The position numbers and the translations under genes were made by a program. Positions 25,028 to 34,233 of a stretch of 37,827 nucleotides of DNA are shown piece by piece. How positions within the stretch are numbered: the stretch's first letter is position 1; each line of letters begins with the position of its first letter. The DNA is taken from assembly GCA_044868695.1 (NCBI GenBank), contig JBIOWP010000153.1, forward strand, positions 1-37,827, read 5' to 3'. This DNA comes from a bacterium. GTDB lineage: Bacteria; Sysuimicrobiota; Sysuimicrobiia; Sysuimicrobiales; Kaftiobacteriaceae. The notes under the pieces are model-generated. The model made no database searches, had not been told where the DNA came from, and saw only the letters and a program-made list of their open reading frames with translations.

Positions 25028-26371
25028 ATGCGCTTGCACACCAGCGAACCCGCGCGCCACGCCGGCGTCCTGCTGCTGGCGGGCGGGGTGCTGCTCGCCG
25101 TCGCCGCCGTCCCCCTGCTGTTGAACCTGGGCAGTCTCGACGACACGTACTATGCGGTCAAGGCCCGGGCGCTTGCCATTCTGGCTCCACTGCTTCTCGC
25201 CGGCGTGCTGGCGGCTCGCGGCATTCCTGACCTGCGGCGCACCGGGATGCTGTGGCCGCTGCTCGCGTTCGTCGCGGCGGTTACGGTGGCGACGGTGTTC
25301 TCCATCGACCCCGCATGGAGCGTGACCGGAGCGCCTCGCCGCCACGAAGGACTGCTGTCGCTCCTCGCGTACGCCCTCACGTGCGCCGGTACGCTGATCC
25401 TGGTCGCCCGCACCGGGCCGCGGGTGTGGCACGGCGCCGCGCTGGCCTGCGCGACGCTGGTAGCCGGCTACGGAGTCGCTCAGGCCTTCGGACTGGAGTG
25501 GCTCGTGCGCGATTCCGTTCGCGTGTCCTGGTGGCGTCCGTTTTCGACAACCGGCAACCCAAACTTCCTGGGCGCCTACATGGTGCTGGCGGCGCCGCTG
25601 GCCGCGGCGGCTCTCCTGGACGCGCGGCATGTGGCCGTGACATTGCTGGCGGGATGCGCCCTGACGCTCTCCGTCCTGGCGGCGCTCTTCACGTACAGCC
25701 GCGCTGCGTGGCTGGGACTGGTGGCGGCGGCCCTTGTGTTTGCCTTCGCGCTCGGTGGGCGGATCGGGTACGCTTCCAGTCCCCGCATCAGGACGCGGCT
25801 GTCCGCGGCCCTCGCCGTTGTCGTCGTCCTCGCAGCAGCGTTCTTCATCCCCGGCGGCCCGCTGGCCCTCCCGCGTGCCGACTGGCCTGCGGCGGTGCGC
25901 GCGCGGTCGGCGGTCGAACCCGGCGAGCCCGCGGCAGGATTCCGCCAGCGATCATACCTGTGGCGGCACACCCTGGCTCTGCTGTGGCACCGCCCGCTGA
26001 CCGGCTATGGTCCGGAAACATTCATGCTGGTGCTGCCGCAGCAGTGGGATGCGGAAAAAGCCGATCTGTTCGGCGAGCGTCCCCTACGGATCGACAAGGC
26101 GCACAACGAGACCCTCGACATGGCGATGTCATCCGGGTTGCTCGGCGTGGCGGCCTTCGCGTGGGTGCTCGCAGCCATTGCGCGCCGGGTGCGGGCGACG
26201 ATTGCGGCGGGGGGGACGGACCACGCGGTGGCGGCCGCCTGTCTGGCGGCAATGGTGGGGTACTGGATTGACGTCCAGTGGCATTTCAGCGCGGTGAGCG
26301 TCGCGCCGGTCTTCTGGAGCGTAATGGGAGCCGCGGCAGGGACGGCGCTCCGCACGGAGCAGCTCAGATGA
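25028..26371 (+). CDS. O-antigen ligase (Wzy_C) family membrane protein, probable pilin oligosaccharyltransferase
   Basis: Many TM segments, STTGNPNFLG, TYSRAAWLG, PLTGYGPETF, KAHNETLDMA..SGLLG. Lies between major and minor pilins. Start uncertain (24965 or 25028). Confidence 0.8.
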   Translation: MRLHTSEPARHAGVLLLAGGVLLAVAAVPLLLNLGSLDDTYYAVKARALAILAPLLLAGVLAARGIPDLRRTGMLWPLLAFVAAVTVATVFSIDPAWSVTGAPRRHEGLLSLLAYALTCAGTLILVARTGPRVWHGAALACATLVAGYGVAQAFGLEWLVRDSVRVSWWRPFSTTGNPNFLGAYMVLAAPLAAAALLDARHVAVTLLAGCALTLSVLAALFTYSRAAWLGLVAAALVFAFALGGRIGYASSPRIRTRLSAALAVVVVLAAAFFIPGGPLALPRADWPAAVRARSAVEPGEPAAGFRQRSYLWRHTLALLWHRPLTGYGPETFMLVLPQQWDAEKADLFGERPLRIDKAHNETLDMAMSSGLLGVAAFAWVLAAIARRVRATIAAGGTDHAVAAACLAAMVGYWIDVQWHFSAVSVAPVFWSVMGAAAGTALRTEQLR

Positions 26372-26811
26372 GAACAGAGCGGGGGTTCAGCATCTTGGAG
26401 CTGCTCCTCGTTCTGGCCATCGGCGCCATCCTGGTGGTCGCTGCGCTGCCGCACCTGCAGCGGTACCTGGCCGTCCGGGATCTGGAGCACACCGCCCGGC
26501 TGCTGGGCGCCGACGTGCGACTGACCCAGCAGTATGCCGTGACGCAGGACGAGTCGTACCGGCTCGAGTATGCCTCGCCACAGTACTCGCTGCGGCGGAT
26601 CAGCGACGGCACTATCGTGAAGGTGGTGGACGTTCCTCCGACCATCACGGTGACGACTTCGTTTCCCAGCAACCGGGTGGACTTCACGGCCACCGGCGCT
26701 CCGGTGCAGACCGGGGCATTTTGCCTGACCGACGGCAGTGCGATCCTGCGGGTCGACGTGCAGCCCGCGACGGGACGGACTCAGATCACGGAGGTGCCGA
26801 CATGTCCGTGA
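26368..26811 (+). CDS. Minor pilin, FimT/FimU/GspH-like
   Basis: MRTERG|FSILELLLVLAIG, ADVRLTQQYAV, VDFTATGAP, ATGR. ATGA overlap. Confidence 0.82.
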   Translation: MRTERGFSILELLLVLAIGAILVVAALPHLQRYLAVRDLEHTARLLGADVRLTQQYAVTQDESYRLEYASPQYSLRRISDGTIVKVVDVPPTITVTTSFPSNRVDFTATGAPVQTGAFCLTDGSAILRVDVQPATGRTQITEVPTCP

Positions 26812-27197
26812 GACGGCAGCGCGGGATGACGCTGATCGAGGTGGTCACTGCTGTGGCGATCTTCGGGGTCGTCGTGGCCGTGCTGACCGGTTTCTTCCTC
26901 ATCGCGTCCGCGCGCGGCCTGCTGGGCCGTGACGTCACCACCGCCGCGCTGCTCGCACAGCAGCGCCTCGAACTGCTCAAGTCCAAAGAGTATGCGAGCC
27001 TGCCCGGCTTCGCCGCTACAGAGGTTTTGGACAGTCTGGGTAATGCCACGCCCGGCGGCCCGTACACACGAGTCACGACGCTCACCACGCCGGCGCTGGG
27101 CACGCCCGCCCTGACCCAGATCGACGTGACGGTAACGTGGCTCGATCAGACGGTGACGCGCACACTGACGATGTCGACCCTGGCGGTGGACGACTGA
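26802..27197 (+). CDS. Minor pilin, PilV-like
   Basis: MSVRRQRG|MTLIEVVTAVAIF, LAQQRLELL, IDVTVTW. GGAGG RBS. Confidence 0.82.
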   Translation: MSVRRQRGMTLIEVVTAVAIFGVVVAVLTGFFLIASARGLLGRDVTTAALLAQQRLELLKSKEYASLPGFAATEVLDSLGNATPGGPYTRVTTLTTPALGTPALTQIDVTVTWLDQTVTRTLTMSTLAVDD

Positions 27198-28291
27198 TGG
27201 ACGCGCGGTCTTCCGAACGAGGTCTCTCGCTGCTCGAAATGGTCATCGCCATCGCGCTGCTGTCGATGGTCCTGCTCGTGCTCTACGGACTGATCGGTGT
27301 TGGGATCAGAGGCTGGGTGAGTCTGACGGGCCAGGCGGAGGTACAGCAGCACCCGCGGGTCGCGGCCGGACGCGTCCTTGCCGAGGTCAGGCAGTCAAAA
27401 GACTTCGTCATCGGGAGCGGAGGAACGAGCCTCGGGTTGGTCAAGGTGACGCAGCTCACGGCCGATAGGGCGGCCGGGGATACATCGCTGGTCGTGGAGG
27501 ATGCTTCCGCGCTCGCCACCGGCCGGCCGGTTGTGCTCCTCAGCCTCAACAGTCACGAAACGGTGACCGTCACCGGCATCGCCGGAACGACGGTGTCGAT
27601 TGCTCCGGCGACGCTGGCGCGCGCTCACCGCCAAGGCGAAATGGTGCGGCGGGGCCAGACGACGCTCAGCGCAATCGCCTCGGCCGGCTCGACAGTCATC
27701 ACGGTCGGCGCCACGTCACCTCTTGCAACCGGCGACGCGATCGCGGTCGGCGGGGAAGGCCCGTTCACCGTCACGGCGATTGCAATCGTGGGCAATCTCG
27801 TGACTGTGACTCCGGCGCTGGCGCAGACTCACCAGGCAGGTGAAGGGGTGCAACCGCTGGCCGTGGTGTTCCAGCTGACGGGGACGCAGTTATTCCGTAA
27901 CGGCGTGGTGCTGGCCGACCTGATGGCAGTGCCGCCGGGCCGGTCGTTCTTCTCTGCGGCATCGTCACCGTTGATGGCCGCTGCGGCGGCGGGGGCGACC
28001 GGTCTCTGTGTGCAGAGCGTGTCCGGATTCGCGGTCAACGACCGCGTGCAGATCGACCGTGAAGTCTATGGCACCGACCAGGCAGTGTTGTCTGACCGGG
28101 CGACGGTGATCGGGGTGAACCCGGTGACCAACTGCCTGACCGTGAACCGGGGGCTCACCGCCCCGCGCGCAGTGGGGAGTGTCGTGCGGGTCCTGGCCGT
28201 CGAGATCAACGTCCTCGGCACTCAATTCAATGAAGCGATCGGCCAGACGCAGGAAGTCGCCGTGACGTCGCGCGCGGTCGTGAGGAACTAA
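27197..28291 (+). CDS. Minor pilin, PilW-like, with three internal ~65-75-aa repeats
   Basis: MDARSSERG|LSLLEMVIAIALL. TGATG overlap with the previous gene. Confidence 0.8.
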   Translation: MDARSSERGLSLLEMVIAIALLSMVLLVLYGLIGVGIRGWVSLTGQAEVQQHPRVAAGRVLAEVRQSKDFVIGSGGTSLGLVKVTQLTADRAAGDTSLVVEDASALATGRPVVLLSLNSHETVTVTGIAGTTVSIAPATLARAHRQGEMVRRGQTTLSAIASAGSTVITVGATSPLATGDAIAVGGEGPFTVTAIAIVGNLVTVTPALAQTHQAGEGVQPLAVVFQLTGTQLFRNGVVLADLMAVPPGRSFFSAASSPLMAAAAAGATGLCVQSVSGFAVNDRVQIDREVYGTDQAVLSDRATVIGVNPVTNCLTVNRGLTAPRAVGSVVRVLAVEINVLGTQFNEAIGQTQEVAVTSRAVVRN

Positions 28292-29838
28292 TGTACCATC
28301 CCCGGTCCCCGGTCCACGGTCCGCGGTCCCGTCAGCTCGGTGAGCGGGGGGCGGCGCTCGTTACCGTCCTCGTCCTCATCATCGTGCTCACGTTTGTCGG
28401 CGTCGCGATGGTGAACGTGGCGCTGACGGAGATCACCATCGCTTACAACCAGGGCGACGCCGCGGCGGCGGAGGTCGCCGCAGAAGCGGGCGTGGCGCGC
28501 GCGGTCTACGAGCTGGGAGTGAACCCGGCCTGGGCCGGGGTGAGCGCCGCGATCGGCGACGGCCAGTACGAGGTGACGGTGGCCTCGACCGGCACAGTAC
28601 GCATCATTGATTCTCTGGGGACGCGAGGCGGGGGCCGTCAGCGTTTGCGGGTCGCGGTAAAGGCGCTCCCCCGGTACATGATGTACGCCGTGCTTGGCAA
28701 CACGACTGTTACGCTCGGTGCGGCCACGCCGGGCGCAGGCCTCCGCAACGCGTGGCCGTCCACGGACGCCGGCGCTGTGCACGCCAGCAACCGCCTTGTG
28801 GCGGCGACGGCGATCACGATCAACCCCATTGGTCCGTCGGTGATCGGCGGCGTGACGGCCAACGGCGCCATTACCGGTGTCTCCTGTCTCACCTGGCCGT
28901 GGCGGTGCAGCACCGCATTCGGCGTCCTGCCGTTTCCCCGGTTGGACGTGGATAGTGGCGCGCCGACAAGTCTGGAGAACAGAGCCCGCACGACCCTCGA
29001 TCCACTGGATGGTTTGAACCTTTACTTTCGCGGGGGCGACCCAACCAGCCGCTGCGACAGCGGCGGGCCGATCTGGAGCTTCGACAACGCCGAAACGCAG
29101 CGATGTTGGGACAGATACGTCAACGATCGCGGAGGCGTGCTGGGTCAGGGGATAGTCAATCCCGTATTTTTCGTGGAGTTCAACGCGGGAGAACGGACGA
29201 GTTACGTCCTTCCTCCCCCCGGTCCTCCCCCATCGCGGACCGTGGATTGTGTCGGTCTTGCCGACACAACGGAAGAGACGCTGTGCATCCGCAGCAGGCC
29301 GGCGACACGCAGAGACGGCACCCTCGTATACGCCAACAGCACGCTCCAGCAGGTCACCGGCACTATTGTTTCATTTCGCCGTGTGGCGGGGACGACGGTC
29401 GTCGGAGACATTGCTCTGGAAAACGTGGCGCAGCGCGTTTCTAACTACGGCCACGCCAGCTTGGGCGGCGACCCTGCATTCCTGGCCGCCGGCCAGGTGC
29501 GCGCAACATCTGCCGGAGCGCCCGCTGCCGCACGCACCGTGACGGTGCGCGGCTACATCTATACTCTGGCCGGGCGCGACAACCCTGACGGAGCCAACAA
29601 CCTGCAGGGCTCGCCCAACACCGGGATCGATATCCAACACGGCGCAAATCTCGTGACCGTGATCTTCGAAGGCCTGGTGATGTCCAACGGGCGCATCTCC
29701 ATTCAGGACACCGTCTTAAACACCGGCACTGTGGCGGTGGAGTACGACTCCGCCGCGGTGGACGTCCTGCCGGCCGTCTTCACCGCTCCCGTGACCAGCC
29801 GCATCATTGTGCCGCTCTCATGGTCAAGCGGCGATTGA
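28291..29838 (+). CDS. Large PilX-like minor pilin (no Glu5)
   Basis: ERG|AALVTVLVLIIVL, AAEAGVARA PilX N-terminal pattern, long beta-rich C-terminus ending SW. TAATG overlap. Confidence 0.78.
   Translation: MYHPRSPVHGPRSRQLGERGAALVTVLVLIIVLTFVGVAMVNVALTEITIAYNQGDAAAAEVAAEAGVARAVYELGVNPAWAGVSAAIGDGQYEVTVASTGTVRIIDSLGTRGGGRQRLRVAVKALPRYMMYAVLGNTTVTLGAATPGAGLRNAWPSTDAGAVHASNRLVAATAITINPIGPSVIGGVTANGAITGVSCLTWPWRCSTAFGVLPFPRLDVDSGAPTSLENRARTTLDPLDGLNLYFRGGDPTSRCDSGGPIWSFDNAETQRCWDRYVNDRGGVLGQGIVNPVFFVEFNAGERTSYVLPPPGPPPSRTVDCVGLADTTEETLCIRSRPATRRDGTLVYANSTLQQVTGTIVSFRRVAGTTVVGDIALENVAQRVSNYGHASLGGDPAFLAAGQVRATSAGAPAAARTVTVRGYIYTLAGRDNPDGANNLQGSPNTGIDIQHGANLVTVIFEGLVMSNGRISIQDTVLNTGTVAVEYDSAAVDVLPAVFTAPVTSRIIVPLSWSSGD
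28302..28329. repeat. Heptamer tandem repeat NCGGTCC x4 in the PilX-like leader
   Basis: CCGGTCC CCGGTCC ACGGTCC GCGGTCC. Confidence 0.8.
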
Positions 29839-29935
29839 GGCCCCGCCGCCGGTGTCAGGGGAACTCTCCGCCGGCGGCGCGAATAGTGCCTACCAAGTTG
29901 ATGCCTTACGGGCCTCATCCGGCACATCGCAGACG

Positions 29936-31012
29936 ATGAAAGGGCTGCGGGATGTTCTCCAGATCGGCGCGGCGTCCGTCGGCATCGACATCGGCAAAAG
30001 CGCCATCAAGGTAGCCGAAGTCCAGCGGACCGCCCGCGGCCTGGAGCTGCGGCGCTTCGGCGTGGCGGCCACCCCGCCGGGGTCGGTGGAAAGCGGTGTG
30101 ATCCTCGACCGGTCGGCCGTGGCCCGGGCTGCCGTCACGGTCCTGCGCGGCGCCGGTATCCGCAGCAAGCGCGCGGTCGTCTCCGTCACCGGGCAGAACG
30201 TCCTGGCCCGCGTCCTCCGGCTGCCCCCGATCCCACAAGATGAAGTCAAGCAGGCCATCCGCTGGGAAGCCGAACGCCACCTGCCGTTTCCCGTGGACGA
30301 CGCCGTTATCGACGTCCAGACGGTCCGCGAGGTCACCGACAACGGGCAGCGCCAGCTGGAAGTCTTGCTGGCGGCCGCGCCCGAGGCCCTCGTGCTCACC
30401 CACATTCAAACGCTGGAGGATGCGCGCCTGACCGTCCTGGCCGTCGAAGTCGGCGCCCTGGCCATGGCGCGCGGGCTGGCGCAGACCGAAGCGGAAGGCA
30501 CTCATGCGCTGGTCAATCTTGGGGCGTCCACGACCGACGTGGCCGTGGTCCACGACGGCGTGCCGCAGATCACCCGCACCATCCTGCTGGGCAGCGACGC
30601 GATCACGAGCGCGATCAGCGCTCTCTTGAACGCGGATGCCGGCGCCGCCGAAGACGCCAAGCTGCGATACGGCATGGGATGGGAAGAATGGCCACCGGGG
30701 GTCGCGGAAGGCGCCTACGCGGCGGCCGTCACAGAGGCCCTCGCCGAGCTGGTTACCCAGATCCGGCGGTCGCTGGACTTCTTTCGGGCCCAGTTCACCG
30801 GTGTCACGATCAGCGACATCATCCTCTGCGGGGGCGGTGCCCGCCTGCGTCACGTCGACCATCATCTCGCCAACGAGCTCGAACTGGCCGTGACCGTGGG
30901 CAGCCCGCTGACGCACGTGCGGCCCGCAGTGGGGACGCCCGAGGGGGCTGTCCAGGCGCTGGCCCCCCAGCTGGCCGTGGCCGCGGGGTTGGCGCTCCGG
31001 ACGGTCGCCTGA
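29936..31012 (+). CDS. pilM: Type IV pilus assembly protein PilM
   Basis: VGIDIGKSAIK actin-like motif, WEAERHLPF, VNLGASTT, IRRSLDFF, LCGGGA, AVAAGLALR. Confidence 0.93.
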   Translation: MKGLRDVLQIGAASVGIDIGKSAIKVAEVQRTARGLELRRFGVAATPPGSVESGVILDRSAVARAAVTVLRGAGIRSKRAVVSVTGQNVLARVLRLPPIPQDEVKQAIRWEAERHLPFPVDDAVIDVQTVREVTDNGQRQLEVLLAAAPEALVLTHIQTLEDARLTVLAVEVGALAMARGLAQTEAEGTHALVNLGASTTDVAVVHDGVPQITRTILLGSDAITSAISALLNADAGAAEDAKLRYGMGWEEWPPGVAEGAYAAAVTEALAELVTQIRRSLDFFRAQFTGVTISDIILCGGGARLRHVDHHLANELELAVTVGSPLTHVRPAVGTPEGAVQALAPQLAVAAGLALRTVA

Positions 31013-31564
31013 ATGCGCATCGAGCTCAACCTCGTCCCCGCGTCCGTGCTCCGGCGGCGCGAGCAGGCCACCAGGCGCCGCGCCGTCGTCGGCGTGCCGG
31101 TCTTGATCGCGGCCGGGGTGGCGGTCCTCTACGGGCTGCTGATCGTTCAGGAGCGGCAGGCCAAAGACGCCGCCCGCGACGCGGAATCACGGTTAGAGGG
31201 CGTCCGCGCAAAGGCAGTCCGGCTGTCACAGTTGCAGGCCGAGATCGCGGAGTTTGAACAGAGCCGGCAGGCGCTGGTTGCGCTGGGAGGGCGGCCCAGG
31301 CCGCGGCTGTCCCCGGTGCTGGCCGAAGTGGGGGCTCTGGTTCCACGCGACGTGTGGCTTCAGTCGCTGACAGTGGAGACCGGCGGCATGAGCCTGACGG
31401 GCAACTCGCTCCAGCTCCGGTCCGTCGCGCTGTTTGCGTCGACCCTGGCGCAATCCGCGCTCTTTGAGCAGATCAAAGTCCAGAACCTGCAGCAGGTCGC
31501 AACCGGCCGGCGCGCGGTTACGCAGTTCCAGATCACCCTGCGCCTGAGAGGACTGGGCCCGTGA
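31013..31564 (+). CDS. pilN: Type IV pilus assembly protein PilN
   Basis: LNLVP N-terminal motif, single TM, coiled coil, PRDVWLQSL. Follows pilM. Confidence 0.87.
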   Translation: MRIELNLVPASVLRRREQATRRRAVVGVPVLIAAGVAVLYGLLIVQERQAKDAARDAESRLEGVRAKAVRLSQLQAEIAEFEQSRQALVALGGRPRPRLSPVLAEVGALVPRDVWLQSLTVETGGMSLTGNSLQLRSVALFASTLAQSALFEQIKVQNLQQVATGRRAVTQFQITLRLRGLGP

Positions 31565-32115
31565 TCGCGCGCCTGCGGGCGAGGGAACGGGCGCTGCTCG
31601 CGGTCGGGCTGGGCGCGCTCACCGTCATCCTGCTGACGCTCGTCCTGTTTTTCCCGCAGGTCCAGAAAGTCGCCGCCGCACGCCGGGACGCCGGCCGCAA
31701 GCAGGCCGAACTCGCGCGTGCCACGGCGCTTGCTCAGCAGGAGAGCGAGATTGAGCGCCAGCACGCCGCGGCGCGCGCCGCGGCCGAGCTGCTGGCCGCG
31801 CGGATCCCCACGGGACCCGACCTGCCGGACCTCATCATCCAGCTCGACGAGGCGCTCACGATCAGCCGTGTCGTGCTGCTGCAGATCTCGTTCCAGAATG
31901 AACCAGCGCCCTCGACCGGCCAGAGCGGGCCGGCGGGTCCGGTGGCGTCGCTGCCGGTACAGCTGCGCGTGCGCGGGTCGTATCCGCAGCTGCGGGCGCT
32001 GGTCGAGATCCTCGAACGGTCACCCCGTCTCGTGCTCATCGACCGCCTCGCGCTGTCCGGCACGGAGGCCGGTATCCTGAGCGACCTCACGCTGAGCGCC
32101 TTGTACGTGCCGTAG
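31561..32115 (+). CDS. pilO: Type IV pilus assembly protein PilO
   Basis: RER + TM, coiled coil, IP..PDLPDL, VRGSYPQL...LERSPRLV. Confidence 0.87.
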   Translation: MIARLRARERALLAVGLGALTVILLTLVLFFPQVQKVAAARRDAGRKQAELARATALAQQESEIERQHAAARAAAELLAARIPTGPDLPDLIIQLDEALTISRVVLLQISFQNEPAPSTGQSGPAGPVASLPVQLRVRGSYPQLRALVEILERSPRLVLIDRLALSGTEAGILSDLTLSALYVP

Positions 32116-32124
32116 GACGATCTC

Positions 32125-33120
32125 ATGACCAGATGGATCCGCCTCGGGCTCCTCGCGCTCGGCGTCCTCATTCTCGCCGCGTTCGTGCGGTCGCTGGACG
32201 TGAAGGCGATCTCAGGAGCACTCGCCCACGCGGACCTGAACCGCCTGGCCGTGGCCGTGGCGCTCCTCGCGGGCAACGCCGCGGTGAAAGCGCTCCGCTG
32301 GCAGATCATGGCCGGATACCTCAGCGGGCGCCCGTTGAAATTTCCCGCCGCCGCCACAGCCATTGTCGCCGGAGTGGCCGCGGCGAGCCTTACGCCCGCC
32401 AAAGGCGTCGAGTTCGCTAAGCCGCTGCTGCTGCGGGCCAGCCACGGTGTGCCGATGACGTCCACCACCGCGGCCGTCGTGATCGAGCGGGTGCTCGACG
32501 GCGCGGCCCTGGCCGCGCTCTTTGCCGCGGCACTGCTGACCGTCCCGGCCTCCCGCGGATCCGCATTCTATCCGGTCGTCGCCGCCCTCGCCGTTTTCCT
32601 GACCGCGGCGTCGGTGATTGTGCTCCTGCCGCACCGGCTGGCCGCGCTGGCCGGGTGGGCCGCGCACCGCGCGCCGGTCCCGCAGCACGTGCGGGCACGC
32701 GCGGTGTCGGTCGCGAGTCGATTTGCGGACGGCCTGGCGATGTGGCGCGCCACACGCCGGCTCGGGCTGCTGCTGATCTTGTCGGTCGCGGCGGCGATCT
32801 TGGAAGTCCTGCGGCTCGCAACGGTCCTGTCCGCGTTCCAGCTGCGCGCAGGCGTGAGCGGCGTCATGCTGGCGTTTAGCGCGGCCAGCCTCGCAGCCGC
32901 GCTCACGTTTGTCCCCGGCGGCATCGGCGTCACCGAGGTGTCTCTTGCCGGCGTCCTGCGCTCCGTGGCCGCCGTTGGACCGCAGGCCGTCGTGGGGGCC
33001 GCCGTATTGGTGGACCGCGTCCTGTCCTATTACCTTGTCGTCGCGATCGGCGGTGTGATCCTCCTCCTTGCCGCCCGGGCGCAGCCGGAGGCCGCGGCAG
33101 GGCAAGGGGACGGCAGGTGA
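32125..33120 (+). CDS. Lysylphosphatidylglycerol synthase TM-region / flippase-like membrane protein (UPF0104)
   Basis: KALRWQ, TPAKGVE, VIERVLD, VPGGIGVTE, DRVLSYY, with about 8 TM segments. Confidence 0.82.
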   Translation: MTRWIRLGLLALGVLILAAFVRSLDVKAISGALAHADLNRLAVAVALLAGNAAVKALRWQIMAGYLSGRPLKFPAAATAIVAGVAAASLTPAKGVEFAKPLLLRASHGVPMTSTTAAVVIERVLDGAALAALFAAALLTVPASRGSAFYPVVAALAVFLTAASVIVLLPHRLAALAGWAAHRAPVPQHVRARAVSVASRFADGLAMWRATRRLGLLLILSVAAAILEVLRLATVLSAFQLRAGVSGVMLAFSAASLAAALTFVPGGIGVTEVSLAGVLRSVAAVGPQAVVGAAVLVDRVLSYYLVVAIGGVILLLAARAQPEAAAGQGDGR

Positions 33121-33171
33121 TTCTCTGCGCAGGCGCTAAGTGGTGTACGGCATGAGCAGGGATGTTGCGCG

Positions 33172-34227
33172 GTGATTCCTGAGAGCCCTGAGGCGCAGCA
33201 GGAGCGGGAACAATGCCCAGTGTGCAGTTCCCCGCACCGGCAGACCATCGAGCGGATGCGGAGTGTGGACCGGGCCGCGTTCGAGGAGATCCACCGTGTC
33301 CTGCAACCCGATGCCGGCATCTCCCTGCGCTGGCTGATCCGGCATTTCACCCGCGGACACGAATTCACGGCCTCCCGCGACGACGCTCAGCTCCTCCCGG
33401 TCTGGCTGGTGCAAGATGATGCCGAGCTCGACCGGTACATGCGGGAACACGGATATTGCTGGACCATCGAGGACCTCTGCCCCCATGTCCCGCCGGGCAC
33501 CGCCAGCACCTGCGAGCGCGTCGGCCACCCCGAGTGTGAACGATTCCGGCTCCACACGCTGCGTGAACGTCTCATCGACGCCGAACCGCGTCAGCCGGCC
33601 GTGCTCACCCCGATTCCCTCCGCCGGCGGTGAGCGCATGACCCTCACCGAACCGCTCGTGCCCCAGCAGCGCATTGAGGTGGAAGCCAAGTCCGGGCAGC
33701 GCCGGGGGATCTTCGCCAGTACGGTGCTGGGCATCGAACCCTCGCAGATCGCCATCAGCGTCCCGGTCCGCCTGCATGAAACGCTGGCGCTGTCGGCGGG
33801 CGATCGCGTCAGCATCTCATATCAGGGAAGGGTGTCCAAGTACGTATTCGAGACGGCGGTGCGGGCCGTACGGGAGAACCGCGTGGATCTCGAACCGCCG
33901 GCAACGATCGGCATCGCCTCCCGCCGCAGTCCGCGCATCCCGCTGCGCGACTCCGCGGTGCGGCTGGAACGCGTCGAGCGCGGCGGCGAGGAAGTGACCG
34001 GGACGGCGCTGGACGCCAGCATCCAGGGGGTCCGCGTGGTGATGTCAACGGATCTGCTGCAGTGGGAACGCGTGCGGGTGACGGTCTCGCTGCCCGACGG
34101 CCCGCTGTCCGCCGACGGCGAAGTGGTGCGGGTGGAGCGTCTGGGTCCCGACCAGACGGCTCACGGCATCTACTTCATCAGCCTTCGCCCGAACGATCTG
34201 GCCCGGCTGCGCCGGCTGGGGGGATAA
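33172..34227 (+). CDS. PilZ/YcgR-like protein with Cys/His-rich N-terminal region
   Basis: C-terminal YcgR-like region plus RRSPR (RxxxR) and DASIQG (DxSxxG). N-terminus has CPVC and further Cys/His residues. Confidence 0.75.
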   Translation: MIPESPEAQQEREQCPVCSSPHRQTIERMRSVDRAAFEEIHRVLQPDAGISLRWLIRHFTRGHEFTASRDDAQLLPVWLVQDDAELDRYMREHGYCWTIEDLCPHVPPGTASTCERVGHPECERFRLHTLRERLIDAEPRQPAVLTPIPSAGGERMTLTEPLVPQQRIEVEAKSGQRRGIFASTVLGIEPSQIAISVPVRLHETLALSAGDRVSISYQGRVSKYVFETAVRAVRENRVDLEPPATIGIASRRSPRIPLRDSAVRLERVERGGEEVTGTALDASIQGVRVVMSTDLLQWERVRVTVSLPDGPLSADGEVVRVERLGPDQTAHGIYFISLRPNDLARLRRLGG

Positions 34228-34233
34228 GCGCCG

